Shown here in pieces: positions 43,952 to 52,334 of a stretch of DNA of 64,000 nt. Positions within the stretch are counted from its first letter, which is position 1; the number at the start of each line of letters is the position of its first letter. The notes beneath the pieces are model-generated. The model made no database searches. It saw nothing but the letters and a program-made list of their open reading frames with translations, and was not told the DNA's origin. The stretch is from Polaromonas sp. Its GTDB lineage: Bacteria > Pseudomonadota > Gammaproteobacteria > Burkholderiales > Burkholderiaceae_C. A program made the position numbers and the translations under genes. The DNA is taken from NCBI GenBank assembly GCA_031428975.1, contig JANOYR010000062.1, positions 11,368 to 75,367 of the forward strand, given 5' to 3'.

Positions 43952-44917
43952 TTACTCCGCGCTGATGCCATTGCGCTTGATCACAGCGCCCCAGCGGGGG
44001 TAGTCTTTGGTCACCAATTGGTTCAACTCATCGGTGCTAGAAGTAGCCACGTCCATTCCTGCGCGTTTAAAAAGCTCGGTGACTTCGGGTAATTTCAAAA
44101 TTGCCGCAATCTCCGTGTTTAAGCGGTTCACAACGGGGGCTGGCGTTTTGCTAGGGGTAAAAAACGCATACCACAAATCGACTTCTACGCCCTTAATGCC
44201 CATCTCTTCAAAGGTGGCGGTATTGGGCGAGACGGGGTGGCGCTTGGGGCTGCCCACGGCCAATGCATTGAGCCTGCCCGCATTGACAAAGCCTTGGGCA
44301 ATATGCACTGGCAAAAAGCCTACATTGAGCTCGCCCGAGAGCAAATCTTGCGTGTAGCCTGCCGTACCGCGGTAAGGCACATGCAGCATGAAAAGCTCAG
44401 TTTGCGCCTTGAACAACTCCATGGCCATGTGGTGGGGCGTGCCCACGCCGGGCGACCCAAAGCTAATGGCGCCGGGCTTGGCCTTGGCCATGGTGGTCAG
44501 GTCTTTGATAGATTTGATGCCCGTTTTAGGGTTGCTCACCAGCATGAGCGTGCCCCACGCAGCCAGCGACACGCCAGAGAAGTCGCGTGTCGGGTTAAAC
44601 GCCACATTTTTGTACAGTTGCGAGGCCATCAGCATGGTGTTGGCACCCATGAGCACGGTGTATCCGTCGGCGGCAGATTTGGCTACTGCATCCGCCCCTA
44701 TGTTGCCGCTGGCGCCCGGCTGGTTTGTCACCACCACGGGTTGGCCCAGGCGCTCAGCCAAGCGCGGGGCTACGGTGCGGGCTATGGTGTCCATGCCGGT
44801 GCCGGGGGTGAAGGGCACAATAATTTTGATGGTCTGCGCCGGCCAGGTTTGGGCAGTGGCGGGCAACGCGGTTAGCGCGCTAAACACCACAGCTGCAGAG
44901 AGTAAAAGACGTTTCAT
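43952..44917 (-). CDS. Bug-family (TctC-like) solute receptor
   Basis: 321-aa ORF. Signal peptide, then WPAQTIKIIVPFTPGTGMDTIAR. Confidence 0.9.
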   Translation of the reverse strand: MKRLLLSAAVVFSALTALPATAQTWPAQTIKIIVPFTPGTGMDTIARTVAPRLAERLGQPVVVTNQPGASGNIGADAVAKSAADGYTVLMGANTMLMASQLYKNVAFNPTRDFSGVSLAAWGTLMLVSNPKTGIKSIKDLTTMAKAKPGAISFGSPGVGTPHHMAMELFKAQTELFMLHVPYRGTAGYTQDLLSGELNVGFLPVHIAQGFVNAGRLNALAVGSPKRHPVSPNTATFEEMGIKGVEVDLWYAFFTPSKTPAPVVNRLNTEIAAILKLPEVTELFKRAGMDVATSSTDELNQLVTKDYPRWGAVIKRNGISAE

Positions 44918-44934
44918 GCAGTGCTCCTAAATAG

Positions 44935-45981
44935 TCAAATCGAAGTGATATTAAACACCCGTTGGGCATTGGTTTGGAAGAATTTCAATTTGTGCTCAGC
45001 GCTCATGGCCATCTTGTCCATGGCCAGCACCTCGTCGGCCAAATACTGGTAGGGGTAGTCCATGGCGTACATCACGCGGTCTACGCCCAACACTTCTTGG
45101 CTGAATTTAATGGCAGGCTCCCACGCCACACCACTGTTGGTGATGGTGAAGTTCTCACGCAGGTAGTCGCTTGGCTTCTTTTGCAGGGGTTTCACGCTCT
45201 CGTAGCGTTGCGAGCGAACGGTGGCTTGGTGCATATAGTCAAGGCGGTAGCTCCAAAAAGGCAGTGCCTCGCCCATATGGCCAATAATCATTTGCAGCTT
45301 GGGAAAGCGGTCAAACACGCCTGCGGTGATGATGCGCAGCGCATGCAGCCCCGTCTCTACCCCAAAGCCATATATCGCACCGTCTAGTCCGCACTCATGA
45401 AAAGGCGTAAACATGTTGCGTGGCAGCGAGTTGGGGTGCAAATAAATCGGTACATTGTGGGATTCGGCGGCGGCAAATATGTCCCAAAACTTGCTGTCCG
45501 ACAAATATTCACCTTGGGTGTGCGAATTGATAATCACCGAGTGCATGCCCAGTTGGTTCACGCCGCGCTCAATTTCTTTGGCTGCGGCTTGTGGGTCTTG
45601 CGGAGCCACGGCAATCATGCCGGTAAAGCGCTTGGGGTGGCGGCGCACGGCCTGTGCCAGCTGGTCATTGGCCAAGCGCGCAAACGACACGGCGGTGTCT
45701 TTGTCCATCACCTGCACGCCCGGCGCTGTGAGCGCAATCACTTGGTGGTCAATACCGGCCTCGTCCATGTGCTGCAAGCGCACATCGCCCAAGTCAGTCA
45801 GACAGCGCATGATGTGCTGGGCACGGGCGCTGGGGCTGCTCATATAAAAACCCATCAAGCCTTTGAAGCCAGGGTCGCAATCGTCTTTGGCCAAAATTTT
45901 GCGGTAAATATCCAGCATTTCAGGTGGTGCAAAGGCCTCTTCGGTGGCGATACGCAGGTAGGGGGCTTTTTGAATGCGCAT
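44935..45981 (-). CDS. Amidohydrolase_2-family non-oxidative aromatic-acid decarboxylase (LigW / ACMSD type)
   Basis: 348-aa ORF. IATEEAF..LANDQLAQAVRRHPKRFTGMIAVAPQDPQAAAKEIERGV..IINSHT..IIGHMGEALPFWSYRLDYMH..MDYPYQ track LigW (5-carboxyvanillate decarboxylase) as I recall it. Confidence 0.8.
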   Translation of the reverse strand: MRIQKAPYLRIATEEAFAPPEMLDIYRKILAKDDCDPGFKGLMGFYMSSPSARAQHIMRCLTDLGDVRLQHMDEAGIDHQVIALTAPGVQVMDKDTAVSFARLANDQLAQAVRRHPKRFTGMIAVAPQDPQAAAKEIERGVNQLGMHSVIINSHTQGEYLSDSKFWDIFAAAESHNVPIYLHPNSLPRNMFTPFHECGLDGAIYGFGVETGLHALRIITAGVFDRFPKLQMIIGHMGEALPFWSYRLDYMHQATVRSQRYESVKPLQKKPSDYLRENFTITNSGVAWEPAIKFSQEVLGVDRVMYAMDYPYQYLADEVLAMDKMAMSAEHKLKFFQTNAQRVFNITSI

Positions 45982-46085
45982 GTGTATTGACTGGTAGGTA
46001 TTGTGGGCATCTGATTCTAATTAATCACAAAAAAGAGCACAATACCTTATATCGCTAGAACAGTTAACGTATTTCGAGCTAAATC

Positions 46086-46985
46086 ATGGATGTATTGGCC
46101 AATTTAAAAGCCTTTTTAGCAAGCGCCGACACAGGCAGCTTTTCGCAAGCAGCGCGTCGCTCTGCGGTGGTGCCATCGGTGGTGGCCAAACGCATTGACC
46201 AACTAGAGTGGCGTATTCAAGCCAAACTTTTCACGCGCAGCACGCGCAAACTCACGCTCACGGATGTGGGCGAGCGCTATTTGCCCATTGTGCGCACGTT
46301 GGTGCAGCAACTTGACGACACCTTGGCGGGCATGAACAGCGCCAGTGGCGACATTGAAGGGCATATTAAGATCAAAATTCCCTCCACGCTGGGCACCTTG
46401 TATCTGAGTGATTTGCTGCGGCAGTTTTTACTGGAGCAGCCACGCATCAGCATGGAGGTGGTGCTGGCCGACCGATCTGTCAACCCGTCGGAAGAAGGCT
46501 TTGACATGGCCTTAGGTGCGCTGCCCGAGCTTTATGGCGGAGTCAAAGACTTTGCCTTGTGCCCCATAGAAAGGCAATTGTGTGCAGCGCCAGCGTATTT
46601 GGCAGCACGCGGCACACCGCGCGAGCTCAGCGAGCTGGTGGGGCACGACTGCTTGGTTTTTGCTACCTCAGGGGCACGCTGGGAGTTTCAAAGCAAGCAG
46701 GGTATCGTCGGCGTGGACGTGCGCCCAAAACTCAAAACCAATGACGGCGCAGCACTTTACCGCGCCACGACCGAGGGGCTAGGCATAGCGGTGTTGGCAC
46801 ACTACTTAGCGCAACCTGCGCTTGCAACCGGCGCATTGGTGCAAGTATTGCCCCAATTGCACATCCCCGATATTTGGCTCAAGGCCTTGGTTCCGGCAAA
46901 CCGCATCGATGTGCCTAGGATCCATATTTTGCTGCAATGGTTGACACTGCGACTCACGGCAATTGCGCCGTTGACTTTAAAATAA
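46086..46985 (+). CDS. LysR-family transcriptional regulator
   Basis: 299-aa ORF. LANLKAFLASADTGSFSQAARRSAVVPSVVAKRIDQLE HTH. It is divergent from the decarboxylase operon. Confidence 0.88.
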   Translation: MDVLANLKAFLASADTGSFSQAARRSAVVPSVVAKRIDQLEWRIQAKLFTRSTRKLTLTDVGERYLPIVRTLVQQLDDTLAGMNSASGDIEGHIKIKIPSTLGTLYLSDLLRQFLLEQPRISMEVVLADRSVNPSEEGFDMALGALPELYGGVKDFALCPIERQLCAAPAYLAARGTPRELSELVGHDCLVFATSGARWEFQSKQGIVGVDVRPKLKTNDGAALYRATTEGLGIAVLAHYLAQPALATGALVQVLPQLHIPDIWLKALVPANRIDVPRIHILLQWLTLRLTAIAPLTLK

Positions 46986-46990
46986 ACGCC

Positions 46991-47569
46991 ATGCATATCC
47001 ACCAACTATCTCTGAGCTATGTGCAAGAGCACGACCGCCTGCTGCTGCGCGTCAACACCACCGACGCCCAAGAGCTGCGCCTGTGGTTTACCCGTCGCCT
47101 GTGCATTGGATTTACGCCTTTGTTCAAAAAAATAGTGGCCGACATGGCCGTCAAAAAAAACCCCTCAAACGACCAAGCACCCTCTGCGCAGCTTGACCCT
47201 TTGGCGCAAAAAGCCATTGCACAATTTAACGCCGAAGCCAGTTTGCAGGGGGCAGACTTTAAAACTCCGTACAAAACAGAGGCGGCCAATCTGCCTCTTG
47301 GTAGCGAACCACTGTTGGTCACCGAAATTCGCATGACAGCACAGCCCAACGGACAATTACAAATCCACTTCAGCGAAAAAATCCCTAACCGCGCCACTCC
47401 GCGTAGTTTTCAAATCGCCTTAGAGCCTAAGCTCACCCACGGTTTGCTCAAGCTACTAGACCAAGCCCTGGCCAACTCGCAATGGGGTTTGGTGGAGGCT
47501 ACGGATGCGCCCTTGCCAGGCGAAGAAGCGGCTGCAGCCACGATGGCTAAGCCGAGGTATTTGAACTAG
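46991..47569 (+). CDS. Hypothetical protein (192 aa), no recognisable domain
   Basis: ATG at 46991, 6 nt after the LysR stop. The long open frame has core-like GC. Its 3-prime end overlaps the convergent moaE end by 23 nt. Confidence 0.55.
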   Translation: MHIHQLSLSYVQEHDRLLLRVNTTDAQELRLWFTRRLCIGFTPLFKKIVADMAVKKNPSNDQAPSAQLDPLAQKAIAQFNAEASLQGADFKTPYKTEAANLPLGSEPLLVTEIRMTAQPNGQLQIHFSEKIPNRATPRSFQIALEPKLTHGLLKLLDQALANSQWGLVEATDAPLPGEEAAAATMAKPRYLN

Positions 47570-48107
47570 CGCCAGCGTTGCCAGACACCAGACCCCACTT
47601 ACGCATCGCACTGTCGTCACTCTCGCGCGCATCCACCCAGTGCGCACCCGCTGCGGTTTGCTCTTTTTTCCAAAACGGTGCTTGGGTTTTGAGGTAATCC
47701 ATCAAAAACTCGCAGGCTTGGTAGCTTTGCCCACGGTGCGCCGAGCTGACGGCCACCATGACAATTTGGTCTAGCGCCTGCAGCAGCCCCACGCGGTGTA
47801 CCACCCTTGCCCCCACGATGTCAAAACGCGCATGCGCCGCGTCAATCATGGCCTCTATCGACCGCTCCGTCATGCCCGGGTAATGCTCCAGCTCCATCGC
47901 GCTGATATCGTCCGCAGCCGATGACAAAGCGCCATCCACAGCTCCAGACACCGCATGCTTGCTGCGCACCACCCCAATAAAGCTACACACCGCCCCCACC
48001 CGCCCGTCTTGTGCGTGCAAAGCCGCAATCTCAGCGCTCGCGTCAAAATTTTCGGTTTGGATGCGGACTCGCGGGATTCTCAAAGCATTGGGCTTCATAT
48101 TTGACAT
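47547..48107 (-). CDS. moaE: Molybdopterin synthase catalytic subunit
   Basis: 186-aa ORF immediately downstream of moaD. GAVCSFIGVVR..MELEHYPGM..SSAHRG..FWKKE MoaE motifs. Confidence 0.88.
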   Translation of the reverse strand: MSNMKPNALRIPRVRIQTENFDASAEIAALHAQDGRVGAVCSFIGVVRSKHAVSGAVDGALSSAADDISAMELEHYPGMTERSIEAMIDAAHARFDIVGARVVHRVGLLQALDQIVMVAVSSAHRGQSYQACEFLMDYLKTQAPFWKKEQTAAGAHWVDARESDDSAMRKWGLVSGNAGASSNTSA

Positions 48108-48108
48108 G

Positions 48109-48357
48109 CTACCCGCCCGTCACAGGCGGAAAAAACGCCACCTCAGCACCCTCTAGCAACGCAACCGATTCCTCACCCATTTGCTGGTTCAGCGCTATGC
48201 GCACCGCTTTGCCTGTGCCCAGCACGTCAGCAAATGCGCCACCTCGGGCTATCAGCTCGCGGCGCAGCGCACCTAATGTGTGGGCAGAGGTATGGACGGT
48301 TTCGCCGCCGCCTAGGGCTTCACGGATAGAAGCGAAGTATTTGATGGTGATTTGCAT
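48109..48357 (-). CDS. moaD: Molybdopterin synthase sulfur-carrier subunit
   Basis: ATG at 48357 gives MQITIKYFASIREALG...FFPPVTGG with the C-terminal Gly-Gly. The ORF-track start at 48405 overlaps moeA. Confidence 0.88.
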   Translation of the reverse strand: MQITIKYFASIREALGGGETVHTSAHTLGALRRELIARGGAFADVLGTGKAVRIALNQQMGEESVALLEGAEVAFFPPVTGG

Positions 48358-48367
48358 AGTGTTGGGG

Positions 48368-49594
48368 CTAGTGCAGTTCCGACAGAGGAATAAAGCGCAC
48401 GACATCGCCGTGGGCGATGGTGGTGTGGGCGGGGTTGTCGACCAAGCCGTCGGCCCATGCCATGGAGGTGAGCACGCCTGAGCTTTGGTTGGGGTAGAGC
48501 TCTACGCCGCTAGCAGCGTTGCGCCGTGCGCGTAAGAATTCTCGGCGTTTATCGGCCATTGTCAGCGTGAAATGGGCAGGAAGCGCTATGGATGGTATAG
48601 CGACTACTTGCTGCCCCAAGAGTGCGCCAATGAATGGACGCACCAGTAGCAAAAAGGTGGCATAGCTAGACACGGGGTTGCCGGGCAGGCCTATAAAGTG
48701 GCTGCTGCCCACTTTGCCGTAGGCAAATGGCTTGCCAGGCTTCATGGAAATGGCCCACAAATCGAGCGAGCCGAGCGACTGCACCGCGGGTTTCACATGG
48801 TCTTCTTCGCCCACACTCACTCCCCCGCTGGTCAGGATTAAATCGTGCTGCTGCGCGGCTGCTTGCAGTGCGTCAATGGTGGCCTGGCGCTGGTCGGGCA
48901 CGATGCCCATGTCGGTGACGGCGCAGCCCAAGCGCTTGAGCAAGGCACGCAAAAAGAAACGGTTGGAGTTGTAAATGGCGCCGGGCTTCATTGCGCTGGG
49001 CGCTACTGCGCCAGGCATCACCAATTCGTCTCCGGTAGAAAAAAGCGCCACGCGCACAGGCGCTTGCACCAGCACCTGCGCCAAGCCCACGCTGGCCAGT
49101 AGCCCCAGCGAGGCGGGATTAAGCAGCTGCCCTTTTGATAGCACCACAGCGCCTAGGCTAATGTCTTCGCCCGCCTTTCGAATCCACTGGCCAGCGCGCG
49201 GCGTGGCATTGATTTGCACCCTGCCCTCACCCATATCAACTGCGTCTTCTTGCATCACCACGGCGTTTGCGCCCTCGGGCACAGGCGCACCAGTGAATAT
49301 GCGCGCTGTTTGGCCTGCGTGCAGCGCATGGCCAAAATGGCCAGCGGCAATGCGCTGGGTCACTTGCAGCAGCGTGCCTGATTGGGACACGTCAAACGTG
49401 CGCAGGGCGTAGCCGTCCATGGCACTGTTGTCAAAGCCGGGCACATGCAGCTCGGACACCACATCTTGCGCTAACACGCGGCCATCCGCTTCAAATGTGC
49501 TGACTTGTTCGGAGCGGCCCTGTGGCAGGGCGTGGCTAAGTAACTCAGCCAGTGCATCGTCTAAGCTGCGCAATGGGGTAAAAACTTTGCTCAT
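48368..49594 (-). CDS. moeA: Molybdopterin molybdenumtransferase
   Basis: 408-aa ORF. PGFDNSAMDGYA..TGDEL..SGGVSVGEEDH..KPGKP..GLPGNPVS MoeA motifs. Confidence 0.9.
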   Translation of the reverse strand: MSKVFTPLRSLDDALAELLSHALPQGRSEQVSTFEADGRVLAQDVVSELHVPGFDNSAMDGYALRTFDVSQSGTLLQVTQRIAAGHFGHALHAGQTARIFTGAPVPEGANAVVMQEDAVDMGEGRVQINATPRAGQWIRKAGEDISLGAVVLSKGQLLNPASLGLLASVGLAQVLVQAPVRVALFSTGDELVMPGAVAPSAMKPGAIYNSNRFFLRALLKRLGCAVTDMGIVPDQRQATIDALQAAAQQHDLILTSGGVSVGEEDHVKPAVQSLGSLDLWAISMKPGKPFAYGKVGSSHFIGLPGNPVSSYATFLLLVRPFIGALLGQQVVAIPSIALPAHFTLTMADKRREFLRARRNAASGVELYPNQSSGVLTSMAWADGLVDNPAHTTIAHGDVVRFIPLSELH

Positions 49595-50124
49595 GCGTAT
49601 TGCTCCGCCACATACTCAAACCGTGCTGCATTGGCAATCAGCCAATCGGCCACAGCGTTAACATCATTGAGGTCAAACACGGGGCGCAGGGTGCCAGAGG
49701 GCAATTGCTCGGGCGAATCCGTGGCAATGGCCACCACAAAGTCGTCGGCCTCGTAGCGAACTTGTTTGCCTGCACTGGCTCGCCAAACTTCAATTTTGTG
49801 CAAGTCGGAGTCTTTAAAGCCCTCTACCAGCACCCAGTCTACTCCTTCGTACAAATTGGCGATCATCTGGTGCACGGTCATCACGGCTGGTTTTTCAAAC
49901 TCGCGTATCAAGGCCAAGCGCTGGTTGGATGCCACCACCACTTCAAAAGCGCCCGCTTCGCGGTGTCGGTAGGTGTCTTTGCCCACATGGTCAATGTCAA
50001 ACTTATGGTGCGCATGTTTCACCACCGACACCCTAAGGCCGTGCAGTTTGAGCGCAGGAATAAGCTTTTCCACCAGTGTGGTTTTGCCCGAGCCAGAATA
50101 GCCCGCAAATCCTATGACTTTCAT
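49591..50124 (-). CDS. mobB: Molybdopterin-guanine dinucleotide biosynthesis adaptor protein
   Basis: 177-aa ORF. MKVIGFAGYSGSGKTTLVEKLI P-loop and VVKHAHH motif. Confidence 0.85.
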   Translation of the reverse strand: MKVIGFAGYSGSGKTTLVEKLIPALKLHGLRVSVVKHAHHKFDIDHVGKDTYRHREAGAFEVVVASNQRLALIREFEKPAVMTVHQMIANLYEGVDWVLVEGFKDSDLHKIEVWRASAGKQVRYEADDFVVAIATDSPEQLPSGTLRPVFDLNDVNAVADWLIANAARFEYVAEQYA

Positions 50125-51554
50125 AATTCAGTGCACACACTGGCAATGTAGGCTTTGATAGCCAGCGGGTCTTTGCCCATGTTTTTCACGCGCTTGGGCA
50201 GTGCCTCAATGCCTTCAAACTTGGCAGGGCGACTGGGCTCGCGGCCAAGCGCTTCTACGATGGTGGCAGCAAATTTAATCGGCAAGGCAGTTTCTAGCAC
50301 CAGCATGGGCAGACGCACCTCAGGATGCGCCGCTACATATTCGCGCGCCACTTTAATGCCATCTGCAGTATGGGTGTCTACCATTTGGCCAAACTGCTCA
50401 TAGGTGGCCTTGATGGTGGCTAAGCGGTTGGTGTGTGTGCTTTTTCCGCTTGCAAAGCCATAGCGCGAGGCAGCCTGCACAAATGCTACATCGCCACTTA
50501 AATCAAACTGCCCTGTGGCATTGATTTGGTCATGGAACAGCGCTTTGCAGCGTGCGCCGTCGCGGCCTACCAAGTCAAAAATGAAGCGCTCAAAATTGCT
50601 GGCCTTGGAAATATCCATCGACGGGCTGGAGGTTTCGTGCGTATCGGCACTGCCGCGCACTCGGTACACGCCGGTTTTAAAGAACTCATCGAGCACATCG
50701 TTTTCGTTGGTGGCCACCACCAGTTTGTCAATCGGCAAACCCATCATGCGTGCTACGTGGCCCGCGCATACATTGCCAAAATTGCCGCTGGGCACGCAAA
50801 AACTAACGGTGTCGGTATTTTGCGATGTGGATTGAAAATAGCCTGCAAAATAGTACACCACCTGCGCCATTAATCGTGCCCAGTTGATGGAATTGACTGT
50901 GCCGATTTTGTAGCGCTTTTTAAACGCCAAGTCATTGCTCACCGCTTTGACCATGTCTTGGCAGTCGTCGAACACACCGTCTACCGCAATGTTATGGATG
51001 TTGTCGTCCATCAAGCTGAACATCTGTGCCTGCTGAAAAGGGCTCATGCGGCCTGCAGGCGATGTCATGAACACCCGCACACCGCGTTTGCCACGCATGG
51101 CGTATTCGGCGGCGCTGCCCGTGTCGCCACTGGTGGCGCCAAAAATATTGAGGCTTTCACCACGTCGGGCTAACTCGTATTCAAACAAATTCCCCAAGAG
51201 TTGCATGGCCATGTCTTTGAATGCCAGCGTAGGGCCGTTGGACAGCGCTTCTAATGTGATAGTGTCATCGAGCTTGGTGAGCGGCACTACAGCAGCTGTG
51301 CCATACACTTCTTGGGTATAGGTTTTGCGGCACAAAGCACGCAAATCATCAGCGGGAATGTCGTCAATGTAGAGCGACAAAATCTCAGAGGCCAAATCAG
51401 CGTAAGGCAAATTGCGCCAAGCATTGAGCTGCGCAGCCGTGACCTGTGGATAATACTCAGGCAAATACAAACCGCCATCGGGCGCGAGCCCCTCAAGCAA
51501 GATGTCACAAAACTGTTTGCGGTTCGCATGGCCGCGGGTGGAGAGGTACTTCAT
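50121..51554 (-). CDS. thrC: Threonine synthase (long form)
   Basis: 477-aa ORF. MKYLSTRG.., PTLAFKDMAMQ (PLP lysine) and GATSGDTGSAA motifs. Confidence 0.92.
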   Translation of the reverse strand: MKYLSTRGHANRKQFCDILLEGLAPDGGLYLPEYYPQVTAAQLNAWRNLPYADLASEILSLYIDDIPADDLRALCRKTYTQEVYGTAAVVPLTKLDDTITLEALSNGPTLAFKDMAMQLLGNLFEYELARRGESLNIFGATSGDTGSAAEYAMRGKRGVRVFMTSPAGRMSPFQQAQMFSLMDDNIHNIAVDGVFDDCQDMVKAVSNDLAFKKRYKIGTVNSINWARLMAQVVYYFAGYFQSTSQNTDTVSFCVPSGNFGNVCAGHVARMMGLPIDKLVVATNENDVLDEFFKTGVYRVRGSADTHETSSPSMDISKASNFERFIFDLVGRDGARCKALFHDQINATGQFDLSGDVAFVQAASRYGFASGKSTHTNRLATIKATYEQFGQMVDTHTADGIKVAREYVAAHPEVRLPMLVLETALPIKFAATIVEALGREPSRPAKFEGIEALPKRVKNMGKDPLAIKAYIASVCTEL

Positions 51555-51579
51555 AAATCAGAAAAACTAAAAGAGTTAA

Positions 51580-51987
51580 TTACGGGGCGATAAGAGAAAC
51601 AGTGGGGAAATAGGTCGCAAAACGGCTGCGGTCGCGCGTGAGGACGCTCCAGCCATGCGCCATGGCCTGCGCTCCAATGAAAAAATCGGGCAGCACGTGC
51701 TCAGACTTACCACGGTTAGCACGGTAGACCATGTGGGCGCGCGAAGCCAGCCAAGCACACTGCGGCGAAAGCGCGTGCAATTGCAGCGCAAAATCTTGCG
51801 TAAACTGCTCCACGTCCGACGCTGTTGTGAATGATTTGGCGATTTCTGCATGGATGATGGCATTGGTGGCCAGCGCGCCATTTTTGCCAGCGATGGCCAA
51901 TTGCGTTTCTGACCAAGTGCCCCATGCGCTGTCGTTTTCTAAAATATCAATCAGCACGCAGCTGTCCACCAAGGTAACCGTGCTCAT
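51580..51987 (-). CDS. vapC: PIN-domain toxin (VapC type)
   Basis: 135-aa ORF. TLVDSCVLIDIL (first acidic residue), HAEI, and DFFIGAQA..TRD acidic residues. A 4-nt ATGA overlap joins it to the upstream antitoxin gene. Confidence 0.82.
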   Translation of the reverse strand: MSTVTLVDSCVLIDILENDSAWGTWSETQLAIAGKNGALATNAIIHAEIAKSFTTASDVEQFTQDFALQLHALSPQCAWLASRAHMVYRANRGKSEHVLPDFFIGAQAMAHGWSVLTRDRSRFATYFPTVSLIAP

Positions 51988-52232
51988 TCGCGGTTCCAGT
52001 CGTCACCGCGCGTTTCTCGCATGATCTCGTCGGTGGGTAGTTTGCGAATACCCACACCACGCCATTTGTCAAAAGGGCTCTCAGTCTTAGCCGTTTGCGC
52101 GCTGGGGAAAACCAGCACCTTGCCGCCCGGCTGCGCAATATAGTCCACCTCCTGCCCACGTGCCACACCCATATGCTCGCGCATAGCTTTAGGAATGGTG
52201 ACTTGGCCTTTAACTGTGAGTGCGTAGCCCAT
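51984..52232 (-). CDS. vapB: AbrB/SpoVT-fold antitoxin (VapB type)
   Basis: 82-aa ORF. MGYALTVKGQVTIPKAMREHMG swapped-hairpin motif, gaggaa RBS, and a palindromic operator upstream. Confidence 0.8.
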   Translation of the reverse strand: MGYALTVKGQVTIPKAMREHMGVARGQEVDYIAQPGGKVLVFPSAQTAKTESPFDKWRGVGIRKLPTDEIMRETRGDDWNRE

Positions 52233-52270
52233 ACAATGTTCCTCGTGCCCAGCGCTTAGCCGCTGTAAAA

Positions 52271-52299
52271 ATAAGTAATACCTTCATTGTATTACTTAT
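52271..52299. promoter_or_regulatory. Perfect 11-bp inverted repeat (ATAAGTAATAC-7 nt-GTATTACTTAT): probable VapB operator overlapping the vapBC promoter
   Basis: Located 39-67 nt upstream of the vapB ATG. On the minus strand, TTGATA-16 nt-TATTAC promoter-like hexamers overlap the repeat arms. Confidence 0.6.
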
Positions 52300-52334
52300 C
52301 AATTGGAAGCACACTTGATGACATTGCAAAGACC

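Noticed and set aside
48109-50124. A molybdenum-cofactor riboswitch upstream of the moa/moe genes, and a SAM or cobalamin riboswitch upstream of the MetE-like gene (8572-8719).
   Set aside because: The moa/moe/mob genes overlap or are separated by 1-10 nt, leaving no room for a leader. The 148-nt region upstream of the MetE-like gene is a divergent promoter with short palindromes and no recognisable riboswitch core.
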